Assembly: GCF_018350175.1 (NCBI RefSeq)
Contig: NC_058369.1
Coordinates: 1,366,001-1,426,000, forward strand
Length of the DNA: 60,000 nt
Direction of reading: 5' to 3'
Source: Felis catus
Taxonomy: Eukaryota
Of this stretch, positions 1 to 12,989 are shown piece after piece. Under the pieces are notes generated by a model. That model was not told the DNA's origin, did not search any database, and worked only from the letters and a program-made list of their open reading frames with translations. Numbering within the stretch: position 1 is the stretch's first letter; each line of letters opens with the position of its first letter. The position numbers and the translations under genes were made by a program.

Positions 1-605
1 TCAATTTTCTCTCGAAGGCAGAGGCTCAGAGAAGTGAGGTCCATGAACCCAAACCCCACAGCTATTAAGTCTCTAGACTTGAACCCGGGTCTCATGTTTG
101 TTTGCTAATCCCAGCTACCTTTGAACCCAACTGTGTCACCGTTAACAGATTTTCTCATCTTCACTTGGCTTCACTGCTTTGAAGCTCTCTCAGTCCAATA
201 AGGTGAACGCCTGGTGTATTAGTTGGCAAGTGTTGTGCTAACGCGGGGTAACAAACTACACCAAAGCTCCGTGGCTTAGACAGTAGTCATCTATTCCCAT
301 CTTCACATCAGCGGGGCATCCGTAGAGCTAGCTGTATCTTAGTTGGTCCTGGTTCCAAGATTTATGTTGCCCCACCTATATTCCAAGCACGGTGCGCTGT
401 TGAATGTTGAACAGCTATCTAGAGGTGGGGGGAGGTTGTCACCTTCACCAATTTCTGTGGTGTGAATACTCCCACCGGAGCTGATTGTCAATCGACCTTT
501 GAGACAGCACTGAATACAGAGTTGGAAAGAGATGTGCACTGGTGGACCATTATACACCGTCTGAGTCCATTTAGGCCGCTGGGACGAAAAGTATCACAGA
601 AGGGG

Positions 606-765
606 GCCCTGCGTCGGGCTCTGTGCCGGCAGCTCAGAGCCTGGAGCCTGCTTGGGATTCTGTGTCTCCCTCTCTCTGCCCCTCCCCCGCTCATGCTCTC
701 TCACGCTCTCTCTCTCTCTCTCTCTCTCTCTCAAAAATAAATGTAAACATTAAAAAGTTTTTTTT
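606..765 (+). mobile_element. Can-SINE (SINEC_Fc-type), 5'-truncated
   Basis: gggctctgtg...agagcctggagcctgctt..(CT)n..aaaataaa tail. Confidence 0.9.
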
Positions 766-849
766 AACCTTTAAAAAAATATAGCATACTTGAAATCTTT
801 TGAACATGTTAATGATTCCATGAACTTCACGGTACCTTTCCCCAGCTAA

Positions 850-1390
850 AATTCTATATTCCTCAACTCAAGAATAAGAATCGAAAATCTATTTCCACAC
901 CGAAACTTGTACGTGAATGTTCACAGCAGCGTTTTTCGTAATTGCTGAAAAGTGGAGGTGATCCAAATATCCACGAGCAGACGACTAGTTATACGTACAT
1001 TGGAAAAATTACTCAACCACGAGCAGGAGCGAGGCGCCTACACGTGCTACCGGATGCATGGACCCTGAATGCACGACGCTCAGGGAGGAGACCAGACACA
1101 GAAGACCGCACGGCGTGTGATTCCATTTATGTGAGATGCTCACAACCGGCACATCCACAGGCAGGAGCTAGGTTAGTGGTTATCAGGGGCTGGGAAAGGA
1201 TATGGAGAGACAGCCAACGGGTACAGGTTTTTTGTTTTCCTGTTTCTGCCTTGTGGTGATGAAACTGTCCTAACATTAGATAGTAGTGATGTTTGCACAA
1301 CTTTGTGGCTGTAGCAAAACCCACTGAGTTGCGCATTTAAAGGGGCTCATTTTATGGTATGTGAATTATGACTTGTGAAATAATTTTAAA
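850..1390 (+). mobile_element. Old L1 (L1MB-like) 3' end
   Basis: acttgtacgtgaatgttcacagcagc...tgattccatttatgtgagatg...ggtatgtgaattat resemble the L1MB 3' UTR. Confidence 0.75.
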
Positions 1391-1472
1391 AATGGGTATG
1401 TATTGGTCTGTCCCCCAGGTCCTATCTAGAGCTCCTAAAACTCTTGCAATTTCCTGAGTGATAAGAGCACCA

Positions 1473-1655
1473 GGGAATGAAATCATGCCATCTGCAGCAG
1501 CGTGGATAGGACTGGAAGGTATTATGCTGAGTGAAATAATTCAGAGAAAGACAGATATATGTTTTCACTCATATGTGGATCTTGAGAAACTTAACAGAAG
1601 ACCATGGGGGGAGGGAAGGGGAAAAAATAGTGACAGACAGAGAGGGAGGGAGGGA
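1473..1655 (+). mobile_element. Carnivore L1 fragment (ORF2 end / 3' UTR)
   Basis: gaatgaaatc..gccat..ctggaaggtattatgctgagtgaaataa..gatcttgagaaacttaacagaagaccat. Confidence 0.75.
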
Positions 1656-2706
1656 GGCCCTGCAGCAGTGGCCGAGGTTCCAGAGCTATGATATTCGTGC
1701 CCACACTTGTCTGTCTCAAGTGTCCAACGAATACACCCACGTGGGCGATCGTTACAGTGCCAGCTGGCAGGTGACGAACCTGGATATTAGAGACAGAGGT
1801 GTCTCTAATGAGTCCTCTGGTTCAGAGCGAGAAAGCGCCTTTCATTTCTGCTCGTGAGGTGTGGAGTCCCTAGGGCTAGACCTGGTGTCGGCGTGAATGA
1901 TTTGGCACTTCTAGCCCCCAGAGACCCCAGTTAGGCTGTTTCAGTCCCCTGGTAGCCGGAGAGGAGGTCCCAGCAACGAACCCGTCATCTTGCATCACCT
2001 GTGGTCCTGGTAACCACCGGGACCAGGATGCTGGGAGGGTGCCGAGGTGAGGTGGCAACAGAGGTGCAAGCCAGGCTTCCAGGGAGGTGGCCCTCGGAGC
2101 CCAGAAGGGCCTGGTCCCAGCCACCGCTCCACCAGGAACTCAGCCAGACAGCGGATCCCTGTCCTTGGTTTCCTCAGCTGTAAAGTGGGGTAATGATATT
2201 TAGTCCCTGCTGGCCTAATGTCATGGGGAGAAGGGAGAGCCAAAGTGTTAATTATATTGACATTGGTAGTTATAATAATATAATAATGGGCATAATTATG
2301 GAGCATTTTACTGTAAGCTTCATCTATAGCACCTCGCTTAATGCCCATATGGGGTTCATATCAAAATCAGAGGCTGATGACTCTCCTCCAAAACAGACAA
2401 CTGCCAGAGACAGGATTTGAACTCACATTCAACCTAGGACATCCACCTGCAATATTCTCACAGACCAAGCTCCGATTGGGCCACTAAGTCACTGTCTAAA
2501 CCTCTATTGGCTAGAACGCCTGGCCACCTGATAGGCTGCTTCCCCAACCTATGGCTGGTTGCTTTGGCTAGGGAGCCAATCCCCGTTAAGGAAGTGTGAT
2601 CACATGACCTTGTCACGTGATAATAAATATGGCTACTCAGGAAGTGACTCGGACCCTTTCCCCCCAACAGGCTGGTGTGTGTTTGGCAGGTGTTTGGATT
2701 TCTGGG

Positions 2707-2898
2707 TAGGAATGCCACCTAGGATACAGGACCGCCCATTAAATTCGAATTTCAGGTAGACAGTGAATTTTGTTTAGTGTAAGCGTGACCCATTAAATAT
2801 TGGGGACATATTTACATAACAAAAATTGTCCGTTGTTTGTCTGAAATCAACTCTAACTTGGAATCCTGTATATTTCATTGCTACATCTGGCAATCCTA
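2707..2898. mobile_element. MER53-like palindromic DNA transposon (MITE)
   Basis: Terminal inverted repeats taggaatgcca / tggcaatccta; internal arms atacaggac..aattcgaatttcag / ctgaaatcaa..tcctgtat. Confidence 0.8.
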
Positions 2899-3934
2899 AT
2901 TCCAGGGACTCTCCACTGCGGACGGTTCATAGGGAGAAGAGGGGGAACCCAGAGAAGGGAGAAGAAGCTCGTGAGGACTTTTATCCTTGTATGATGGGGA
3001 CTAAGTCTCTGGGTGGTCAATCCTGGCCCTGCCTGCTCCCACCCATGTTGCAACCCCACTCTTGCCCAGGACCCTTCCCTTCTTTCCTCCCATAAAGAGG
3101 ATGTGGAAATATGTCTCATTTCTCTCTCCTTTTTTTGATTATCGCAACATCCACTGGACGTTTGAACAATGAACAAACTTACTGACCCCATTATGCTCAG
3201 GCTAGAGCTGTGGCCCGGAGCTATGGATGGCTCATCTGACATTAGCAAAAGCTAATCCCACCTTCTTTCTCTGTGTTTCAGAAATAGCCTTTTCCCCACC
3301 ACCGTCCCCTTCACGTGTTAGAACCCATCTAAAAACCTCCAGGGACACAACTGTGGTCCCAGAAAGGTTGGTTTTTTAACTTGCTACGGCATGAGACCAC
3401 ATAACAGGGGAGGAATGGAGTGTCTCACCAGAAAAGGAAAAAAAAAAAAAAAGGAAACAGATGATAAGATTTACGGGAAAAGCAGAGTTTAGGTGATATT
3501 TACATGGAGTGGAGTCTGATGGGCTCAAAGCTCAGCAGACTTACGAGTAAAGAGGCTGGCGTTAAGCTTGGGCTAAGATACCTACGCAAGGTCCTGTTTC
3601 CTTGGAAACCGTTGTGTGAAATGTTGTGTCTAGACAGCCTAGATGCTCTGCACCTGGTTTGGAAATCCAGAGTACTTCTCTGGGTCGAAGTGACCTGGAG
3701 GGCTCAGACCCTTCAGACAAGAGGAAGAGGTTGTATTTCCACCAAGACTGAAAATAGCAAAAATTCGGACAGACTATGACTTTAGAGAACAACATCGTCC
3801 CACACTCTGTTGTGCTTAACAGAAGCCACTCGTGCAGACTCACATCATATATCTCTGTCCCATCATGTGTAACACAAAAATCCACGACACCCAGCACCCA
3901 GACCTGGGTTTCTAACACTATTCTCCAACAAAAG

Positions 3935-4850
3935 GAACCAGGGCTCCGTGGAGAGATGGCTGGTTCTAGACTGAGGAAATACACAGTATGAGCCTGGAGC
4001 ATCTTGTAATCACAGAAGGGTATGTCAACGGGACACGGGAACCCACTGAAAGAGTCCCTAAAGCTAAAACAATTTTTGCAATGAAGTAAAGCAATATTGG
4101 ATTAACCCCCAAACATGACATGAATATCTATGACTCCGTATTGATGTAAATAAATGATTAAAGAAATAAGTGGAAAATAGCCCTCCCAGACAGAAGAATT
4201 CGAAACAATTCACATCAACACTCCATCTTCAAGGAGACGGAGCATAACTTCCAAATTCCAAAGCGTGGGCTATGCATAACAGCGTCCTTCCAAAGAGTAC
4301 AGGATGGAAAGGGGGGAGGGGAGAGTAAATTTACAGTGCAGACACCTGACAACATACCTCAAAGATTAACATCAAGAGTGATAAGTCTTGTTGATAGCTG
4401 GACTCTTGATATGGGATGACCCTTCACCTCTGTGACCTCCTTCCTTAAAACCCATAGCTCCAGACAAGCCCCAGTTGAGAGACATTCTGTAACATGCCTG
4501 ATCAGCACTCCTCAAAATTGTCAAGGTCATCGACAGCGAGAAAATCTGAGAAACTGCCTCAGCCAAGAGGAGCTCAAGAAGATATGTCTACTAAATATTA
4601 TGCGGTACCCTGGATGGGATCCTGGAACATAAAAGAGACATAAAATTGGGAAAGTCATGGAGACAGGAAGTAGGTGATGGGACCAAAGGGTGGGGGAGTG
4701 GAGGGGGAGTTAAGTGTTTAATGGGGAGAGAAATTTCCATTTGGGAAGATGAAGGGTTTTGGAGATCGATGGTGGTGATGGTTGCACAACACTGTGAGTG
4801 TACTTAATGCCACTAAAATGTACACTTAAAACTGGTTAAGTTGGTAAATT
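3935..4850 (+). mobile_element. Old L1 3' fragments (L1MC/MD followed by L1MB)
   Basis: gatggctggttctag..gagcctggagcatcttgta..; gatggtggtgatggttgcacaac..tacacttaaaa. Confidence 0.7.
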
Positions 4851-4853
4851 TTA

Positions 4854-5037
4854 GGGGCACCTGGGTGGCTCAGTCCGTTGAGCACCTGACTCTTGATTTT
4901 GGCTCAGGTCACGACCTCACAGTTGTGGGATTGAGCCCCGAGTACAGCTCTGCCCTGATAGCGCAGGGTCTGCTTGGGATTCTCTCTCTCTGCCCCTTCC
5001 CCACTCTTGAGCACGCACTCTCAAAATAAATAAAAAA
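4854..5037 (+). mobile_element. Can-SINE inserted in the L1MB tail
   Basis: ggggcacctgggtggctcagtc head, CT tract, A tail. Confidence 0.92.
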
Positions 5038-5091
5038 TTTAACAGTTTTTCAAAATGATGAATTTTATGGTATGTGTATTTTGCCGCAATT

Positions 5092-5124
<33 letters not shown>
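5092..5124. repeat. (AAC)11 microsatellite at an L1 tail
   Basis: Read directly. Confidence 0.95.
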
Positions 5125-5125
<1 letters not shown>

Positions 5126-6014
5126 GACTCCAAGAAACCTATGTGCTTGACCAGATGGCTTCTGGAGGCTGCCATGTGGTCAAAACACAGAAGAGAGTTT
5201 TGTTTTTGTTTGTTTCTCCTTGTTTTTCATCAGCACGCTCAAACCAACTGGTCTAATTTGAAGCCAGAACGTGGGGACCCTTGAGGTTGTCCAGGAGTGA
5301 CTAAGAGACGTGTCATTAAAGGGAGGGCACTCTTCCATCATGAATCTACTCACTGCACAACCATTGGGACTCTCCAAATGTGAAAGTATTTAGAGATTCC
5401 AGGAAAGCTCTAAGCTCTTGGGCCGCCCTAGATTTCAAGGCGGATGCCCCACCTCTCCCCAACTCGATGCCAAGGAAGGACCTGGAAAAGACAAAAAGGA
5501 GTCCTGGGGTGTAGTTGGCGAGACAAAGCAGGAGTTAGAACGCTAGAGACCCAAACACTTGGCCAAGACAGGCAAGTGGTGGGGGGTAAGGAATGGGGGG
5601 TGTTTCAGTACCACGGATAGTTCTGAGCTGCCCAGAAAAAGATCAGGGTCCACATCCTGTCAAAGTTTGTGGGGGGCAGGTGCAGTGACCGGGACGGAGG
5701 GGACGGAAGAGGTGTAACCTCAGACCACAGCGAGTTTACTGTGGGGGGCGTGGTGAGCCCTCCAATAGTTCTGCCTACTTCACTTATTGCAAGACTGTGT
5801 CCCCACTTTTCTAACCCCTATATTCAGCCCCCCATTGCCCTCCCTCTGCCCACAAGCCCTTGGAGTCCTGCGTGTCACAGCACTGGTTCACAGGCTCTGC
5901 AGTTAGATCAACCCAGCCTGGCCACTGACTAGCTGCTCGTGACTCAGGTAAGTCACTAACCCCATCTAAGCCTTGGTGACTTTTTTCACCTGCAAAATGG
6001 AATGTTTATAACAT

Positions 6015-6481
6015 ATGGCAGGTAGATAACTGCCCCTTCCCCCAAGATGTCCACATCCTAATTACAGGAACATGTGAATAGGTTACACAGAAGAGAATTA
6101 AGGTTGTAGATAGAACTGCAGTTGTGAATTAGCCAACCTTAAGATGAGGAGTTTATCCTGGATTATCCGGGGGGACCCAAGGTCAGCATAAGGCTCCTTC
6201 AAAGTGGAAGATGGTCAGGGAGGTAGCGGTCTGAGATGCTGCTGGGTCTGACGATGGAGGAAGGACCACAAGCCAAGGAATGCAGGCAGCTTCTAGAAGC
6301 TGGAAAAGGCAAGGAAGTGAATCCTGCCCTAGACCCTCCAGAAGGGAGTGAGGTCCTGCTGACACCTTGATTTTAGCCCAGTGTGTTAGTCAGGGTTCTC
6401 CAGATACAACATACATATAATAGTAAATTTGTGTGTTTCAATTTGTGGTCCTTTGCTACAGCAGCCACAGGAAACTGACAC
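6015..6481 (+). mobile_element. MLT1D-like MaLR solo LTR interrupting a MIR (MIR halves ~5930-6005 and ~6495-6580)
   Basis: cccaagatgtccacatccta..agccaaggaatgcaggcagcttctagaagctggaaaaggcaagg..gacaccttgattttagcccagtg..acagcagccacaggaaactgacac. Confidence 0.8.
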
Positions 6482-6860
6482 GAAAAGAATATCCCTCCTG
6501 GGGTCCTTGCAGGATCAAGAGAGACTGTGTGTAAAGTGCTTGGCTTAGCCCGGGCATACAGTTGATGCTCAATAACTGGAAATGGTAGAGTTCCCATTGC
6601 AGGGAACTCAGAAACCCTGGGCTTCAGAGCAGACAGTGGCCTGGATCCTGGAACAGAAGGAACCTATAGTTCTTCACTTCTCTGCAGTTACTGCTGTCAT
6701 TTCTGAGACTTTAAAGGGAGCCCCAGGAGCCAGCAGCTCCATGATTTCCCCGCTGGGGGAAAGTTGGTGAATTCACTGAGATTTTCCAAAGCACCTGACA
6801 ATCAGATGTTATTCTGTGCATGCTGGTCTTTAGCATGAAAAAAAAAAAAAACCTGAAATG

Positions 6861-7051
6861 TTTTGATGTTTATTTTTGAGAGAGAGAGAGCAGGGGAGGG
6901 GCAGAGAGAGAGGGAGACACAGAACGTGAAGCAGGCTTCAGGCTCCGAGCTGTCAGCACAGAGCCCAACGCCAGGCTCGAACCCATGAACTGTGGGATCA
7001 TGACCTGAGCCGAAGTCGGACCCTCAACTGGCTGAGCCACCCAGGCATCCC
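6861..7051 (-). mobile_element. Can-SINE
   Basis: Reverse-complement SINEC consensus. Confidence 0.92.
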
Positions 7052-7237
7052 TGAGCTCCTGTAATCTTAAGCAGGGGGTCAGCAAACCACAGTCCCTGGG
7101 GCCGAGTCCAGCAGGAGAACGTTGGGGGAGCTTTCTGTTACATTTGGGGGCCCAGGGGTGCTTTGCCCCAGCCCCCTGCAAGCATGGCAGGCATGATTAG
7201 GCAGCTGTTTCCAAAAGGCACATGTTATGTCTTGTGT

Positions 7238-7410
7238 CAGGGGCTGGCGCCCTTTCCGTAAAGGACCAGGGAGTCGATACTTTGGCTCTAACAGCTCAAC
7301 TGTCCAGTGGTGGTGGAAAAGCAGTCTTGGATGATGTGTAAGTGAATGCGTATGTTTGTTTCCAATAAAACTTTATTTACAAAAATAAGGGGTGGACTGG
7401 ATTAGACACT
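7238..7410. mobile_element. MER58A-like hAT element
   Basis: ttccgtaaaggaccag..gtttccaataaaactttatttacaaaaa. Confidence 0.65.
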
Positions 7411-8347
7411 GTCCTAAGCCAACTCTCCTTAGAGGAGAAAGTATGGGCCCTTAAAGCCCCTCCCAAAATATCTTCTAGAGGTCTGGACGCTTCCATTCTT
7501 GTCCTCTTACCATGAGCTCGCCTACTGGAGGATGAGGCCAGAAAATAGAGATGAGCCAGCCTACCTGAAGCCCTTTAGACAAAACAGCCTACCGCTGACC
7601 CACTGAATGACCACGTGTGTGTAAAAAGACCCAGGCAAGACCGCTGTCCAGACCCAGCTGTCCAGCTGGGCTCAGTCCAAAGTGCTGACCTTACAGAGCA
7701 AGGAGCAAACTACATGATGGTTGTTCGCAGCCACTGAGTTTCGTAGCGGCTTGTTACGCAGCAGTGGATGACTGATACACGTCGTTAGGCCTAGAGTTCA
7801 CAGAGCCGGGATGTATGTTTTGACAGCTCTACCGGGAGACCCTGCAGAGTCACATGGCCAAGAGTGTGCACGTGCGTAGGCCCATCGTAGGGAGACTCCA
7901 ACAGTCTACGACTTGTCCCTGTCCAGTTACAACCACTGCGATGTGTTTCTTGTGAGCCAGAAAGAGCCTACTTATATGCAAGCGTGTTTATGTATGTATG
8001 TATGTATATATTTAAATACAGATATGAACTTGCTCAGCTCGCTAACCCGCACCTTGCTTTTTTCACATCACATATCGTGTAAATCTTTCTCCGCGGGGAC
8101 ATCTTTCCACAGTTTCATCTGCTGGATGACCTTTAACTTGGCATACAGCTTTGTAATCCTTGTTCCCTGCAACACAGATGCATCCCGTCTTGCCAAGAGT
8201 GATCTCATTGACCCTAGGAGCAAGCAAATGACACAACAGGAATGCAGACTCCCAGAGGGTTCTATATTTCTGGGGCAGAAGCCTACCCTTGTCGGAAAAT
8301 CTGGCTGTTGTGATTATATTTGCTACCACTTTTTAAAAAATCGTGAT

Positions 8348-8530
8348 GGGGCTCCTGGGTGGCTCAGGCGGTTGAGTGTCTGACTTTGGCTCAGGTCACG
8401 ATCTCACAGTTTGTGAGTTCAAGCCCCGCATCAGGCTCTGTGCTGACAGCACGGACCCGCCTTGGGATTCTCTCTCTGCCCACCCCCTCAAAAATAAAAC
8501 AACCATTTAGAAAAATAAATAAATAAAAAA
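8348..8530 (+). mobile_element. Can-SINE
   Basis: ggggctcctgggtggctcag head, A tail. Confidence 0.92.
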
Positions 8531-9290
8531 TTGTGATAAAATACACTTAACATTTACCATCTTAACCATTTAAATTTTTAATTTTTTTTTTATCGAAGCA
8601 CAGTTAACATACACTATATGTTAGTTTCAGGTGTACAAAATAGTGATTTGAAAATTATATACATTATGAATTGCTCACCCCCGTAAATGTGGTCACCATT
8701 GTAACGTTTCCAAGTGCACAGCTCAGTGGCATCAGGCAGGCTCACACTGTCGAGCAGCCGTCCCCACCATCTGTCTGCAGAACTTTCCATCTCCCCAGAC
8801 TGAGACTGTGTCCCCATGAAGCACGGACTCCCCCCACCCCCCGGCTCCCACCATCCACTCTCTGTCTCCGTGGACGGGACTCCTCTAGGGACCCCCTGTG
8901 AGTGGGGTCACGCAGGACGTGTCCTTCTGTGTCTGGCTTCTGTCACCGCGCACACTGGCCTCTGGGTCCGTCCACGCGGTGGCAGGTGGGAGGACGTTCT
9001 TCCTTCCTGAGCCTGGGTGATACCCGGGCATGTGGATGGACACACCATGTTCACTCGTCCATCAATGGACGCTCTGGGTGTTTCTACCTTTTGGCTATTG
9101 TGAATCACGCCGCTGTGAACATGGGTGTACAAACGTCTGTTTGAGTCCCTGTTTTCAATATTTTTGAGTATATACCTGGGAACGGAATTACTGGATCATA
9201 CAGTAACGCTGTGTTTAATTTTTTGAGGACCTCTAAAACTGTTTTCCATAGAAGCAGCTGCATTTTACATTCCCACCACCCCAGACCTGG
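8530..9290 (-). mobile_element. Antisense L1 3' end fragments (carnivore L1 tail nested in L1MB)
   Basis: ttagtttcaggtgtacaa..; ttggctattgtgaat..gctgtgaacatgggtgtacaaacgtctg..cattcccacca. Confidence 0.75.
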
Positions 9291-9314
9291 TTTCATTTAT
9301 TCTAGTCTTTCTTC

Positions 9315-9564
9315 TTTTATTTATTTATTTAAAAAAAAATTAAATGTTTATTTTTGACACACGCAGAGAGAGAGAGAGAGAGAGACAGAGACAGAACATG
9401 AGCGGGGGAGGGGCAGAGAGAGAGGGAGACGCAGAATCCGAAGCAGGCTCCAGGCTCTGAGCTGTCAGCACAGAGCCCGACGCGGGGCTCGAACCCACAA
9501 ACCGCGAGATCATGACCTGAGCCGAAGTCGGACGCTCAAACCGACTGAGCCACCCAGGCGCCCC
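9315..9564 (-). mobile_element. Can-SINE, full length
   Basis: Near-consensus reverse complement ending ccacccaggcgcccc. Confidence 0.95.
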
Positions 9565-10224
9565 TATTCTTTCTTCTTTTAATATGAGGGGTGACATACG
9601 TACAAAACAGACACAAGTGCACACGCTACTCTCAAGTGACTCTAGCTTGATGAATCCCCACCCCCCCTTTCTGTCTCCAAGTCACCAGCACCCGGACCAC
9701 AAGCTGGAACACAGCCAGCCCCTTCTTAGTCAACACCCCAACCGCTAGAGACAACCTGTACCTGACTTCCAACACCGTTCATTCATTTTCCTGGTTTTGA
9801 CCTTCGCATAAACGGAGTTAAGAAGTCCGTCCCTTTCGGGGATGGGAGGTGGATGAAACAGGGGCAATGCACCCTCCCGATGAACGGGGAGAAGCGCAGA
9901 GAATTGTTGAATCGCTACGTTGCACGCCTGAACCTCATGTAACACTGTGTGGAAGCTACACTGGAACGAAAAGTTAAAACTTGATGATAAACAAAACACC
10001 AGCCAAACAAATGTACTAACTGCTCAAAAAAGAAGAAGAAAAAAAAAAAGTAAGTCCCTGTCGTGTTGTTTCACTGCCTTTACCTGGCCACCGCGTTGGT
10101 GGCCCGCCCACGCTGGCGTGTGTCACTTCTTGCCTCTTCAGCGCCGTGTGGCATCCCTTTCCCTGCGTACCCCCACACCTTCTCCACCCACTCTCTTCTG
10201 GAAGGACATCTACATCATTTCCAA

Positions 10225-10410
10225 GGGGCGCCTGGGTGGCTCAGTCGGTTGAGCGTCCGACTCTTGGTTTTGGCTCAGGTCACGATCCCAGGGTCTTAGG
10301 ATGGAACCCCACGTCTGCTTAAGATTCTTTCTTTCCCTCTGCCCCTCTCCCCCACTCACTCTCTCTCTCTCTCTTTCTCAAAGAAATGAGATGAAAAAAA
10401 CTTTCAAAAA
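10225..10410 (+). mobile_element. Can-SINE (internally deleted) with TSD atcatttcca
   Basis: SINE head and tail; flanking direct repeat. Confidence 0.88.
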
Positions 10411-10469
10411 ATCATTTCCAGTGATTGACTATTGTAAATAAAGTCCCTGTGAACATTTCAATGTACGTC

Positions 10470-10471
<2 letters not shown>

Positions 10472-10503
<32 letters not shown>

Positions 10504-10681
10504 TTAGAGACAGGGGGGTGCAAGTGAGTGATGGGAGGAGAGAGAGAGAGAGAGAATCCCAGGATGGGCAGAGAGAGAGAGAGAAGTGGGGCTCACCTGA
10601 AGTCGAGCTTGAGTTCACAAACCGTGAGATCATGACGTGACCAAAGTCAGATGTTCAACACCTGAGCCACCCAGGCGCCCC
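10472..10681 (-). mobile_element. Can-SINE with (TAT)~10 tail
   Basis: Reverse-complement SINE; tail expanded into a trinucleotide repeat. Confidence 0.88.
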
Positions 10682-11068
10682 AGTGCGTGTCTTTTAGTGT
10701 GGACTCAGACACATTTCTCTTGGGCATGCACTGAGGGGGGGATCCCAGAGACGTGGGGTGTGTGCAGTCAGCTCCAGTGGACCCGGCCGACAGCTTTCCA
10801 ATGTGATCACTCCAGCTGGGATCAGCAGGAAAGGTGTTCTGGTGGGCTCCCCGTTCTTACCAACACTAGACATCGTCAGCCTCTTTAGTTTTGGGGGAGG
10901 GGAACGTCCACCATAATTTAAAAGATAATAGTAGCCAGGCGGCCAATGTCAACATCTGGGTCATAGGTATCTACCCGCTGAGATGTCATCTGGTGAGAAC
11001 AGCCTTCTATCTCTGTTTGGGTCTTCCTCCCCCAAACCCCATAACCCCACACCAACTAGAAGAAAAAT

Positions 11069-11265
11069 GGGGCACCTGGGCGGCTCAGTCGGTTAAGCAT
11101 CAGACTCTTGATTTCTGCTCAGGTCATGATCTCACGGTTCCTGGGTTCAAGCTCTGAGTCCGCGCAGAGCCTGCTTGGGGTTCCCTCTCTCCCTCTCTCT
11201 CTCTCTGCCCCTCCCCTGCTCACTCTCTCAGTCTCTCAAAAACAGGTAAACTTAAAAAAAAAAAA
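11069..11265 (+). mobile_element. Can-SINE (older)
   Basis: ggggcacctgggcggctcagtcggttaag head. Confidence 0.9.
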
Positions 11266-11267
11266 GA

Positions 11268-11494
11268 GGGGCGCCTGGGTGGCGCAGTCAGTTAAGCGTC
11301 CGACTTCAGCCAGGTCACGATCTCGCGGTCCGTGAGTTCGAGCCCCGCGTCAGGCTCTGGGCTGATGGCTCAGAGCCTGGAGCCTGTTTCCGATTCTGTG
11401 TCTCCCTCTCTCTCTGCCCCTCGCCCGTTCATGCTCTGTCTCTCTCTGTCCCAAAAATAAATAAACGTTGAAAAAAAATTAAAAAAAAAAAAAA
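11268..11494 (+). mobile_element. Young felid SINEC_Fc inserted into the A tail of the preceding SINE
   Basis: Diagnostic gtggcgcagtc..ttcagccaggtcacgatctcgcggtccgtgag..ctgggctgatggctcagagcctggagcctgtttccg; long A tail. Confidence 0.9.
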
Positions 11495-12719
11495 GAAAGA
11501 CAGCAAACATCAGAAAAACAAACAAATTGAGGGACAAAATGCCTGACTAGTCCTCCTGAAAACTTTCGAGGTACCAAAACCTTCACAGCCCAGAGGACAC
11601 GGGGGCAGAAAAAGATGTTAGGGAAAAACGAAGGAAATTCAAATAAACATTGGACTTTAGTTAGTAATAATGTGTCGATATGGGTTCCTTGGCTGCTACA
11701 AGTACATCTTACTAACGTAACATGTGAAAATGGGGGGGGGGGCGGGGGGGGGACAGGATGTCAGGGCATAGGAATATCCTGTACCAACTTTGCAACTTTT
11801 TTGTCAATCTTAACTCTTCTAAAATTAAGCGTGTATTTAACAAAGAGAATAATGTATGTCTTTGATTTGAACACGTCCCAGTCTCCCTCCGTGTTCACAA
11901 TTTTGAGATCTGGGTGCATCTTACGATCAATGACAGGAGTTGCCGACCAGCCCCCTGAGAAGGTGTGGGTCGTCCGCTGGTGGTTTACTCTAGAGCTCAA
12001 GACTAAAATCGTGGGTGGAAGTCTGAAGGCTCCGGGAGAATTTAGAACCAGAGGACAGGATGAGTCAGGTCACTTGGGGACCGGATTTGCCCCTGCTGCC
12101 GCCCTGACCTTTTCTGTTGGACATGACCTCGGTGTCGAGACTCCAGCAGCCGGAATCTGCACCTCGTGCGTGAGGACTGTCCAGGACTGTGGCAGGCCAG
12201 AAGTGCCGGGGAACTCACAGTCCCCCTTCCACCGATGATGACATCCCCTTCGCCCCCCCCGGGGAGGCTAACCCCAAGGGACGTGTTTGCGCACCCCACA
12301 GTCTCTGTGGTGCTGGGGCTCCCACTGTGGCAGCGGGTGTCAGAGGCACCGGCTCTTCCTGTCTCCCCCCGCCCCCCCCCCCACCACACTCTTCTCTGCA
12401 CTTCTCAAATCATCGACCTGCCTCGACTCCAGGGAACTCAACCCAGCACAGAGACCAGGCCAGCGGCCAGAAGAGGTGACTCTGGAAAGGGCTAGCTGCA
12501 CAAGGTGGGCGAAAGAGGCCATCACGTGTGGGGGTGCCACCTCCCCAGCTCTGAGTGCCAGGTGGATGGGCACACACACTTATCATTTCATCCCCGAGGC
12601 TTGGGTCAACCCTGCCTGGCTGCCTCACTCCAGGTCACCTCTGAGGGTGTACCAGTGGCCAGGATAGAGTCCCCGCCCTTGCAGGACTCTGGGGGAACCA
12701 ATGCGTCAGAGTAATGTTG

Positions 12720-12890
12720 GAGCAGGGTCTCTGCCCCTCGGCGCTGCTGCTGGGTTGTTCTCTGTAGGGGTGACCTGGACACTGTGGGGGGCTGAGCAGC
12801 GTCACTCCCAGTCGTGACAACCACAGATGTCCCCAGACCTGGCCCAGTGTCCCCTGGGGGCAGGATCCCTCCGGGGCAGAACGGTGGTGT
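12720..12890. mobile_element. MER20-like hAT element
   Basis: cccagtcgtgacaaccacagatgtccccagac..tgtcccctgggggca. Confidence 0.7.
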
Positions 12891-12989
12891 TGAGGCGGCC
12901 GGCGGGGGCCTGCGTTTGAAGACGCCCCCCTCTCCCTGTCCTTTAACTTGAGTGGTCTCCGAGACGTCGTTCCCGTATCATAAATTACA

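Noticed and set aside
2707..2898. Long hairpin as a possible miRNA precursor
   Set aside because: Explained by the palindromic MER53-like MITE; no expression evidence is available from sequence
4854..4930. tRNA-like A/B boxes (ggtggctcagtcgg..ttcgag) in many places
   Set aside because: Heads of tRNA-derived Can-SINEs, not tRNA genes
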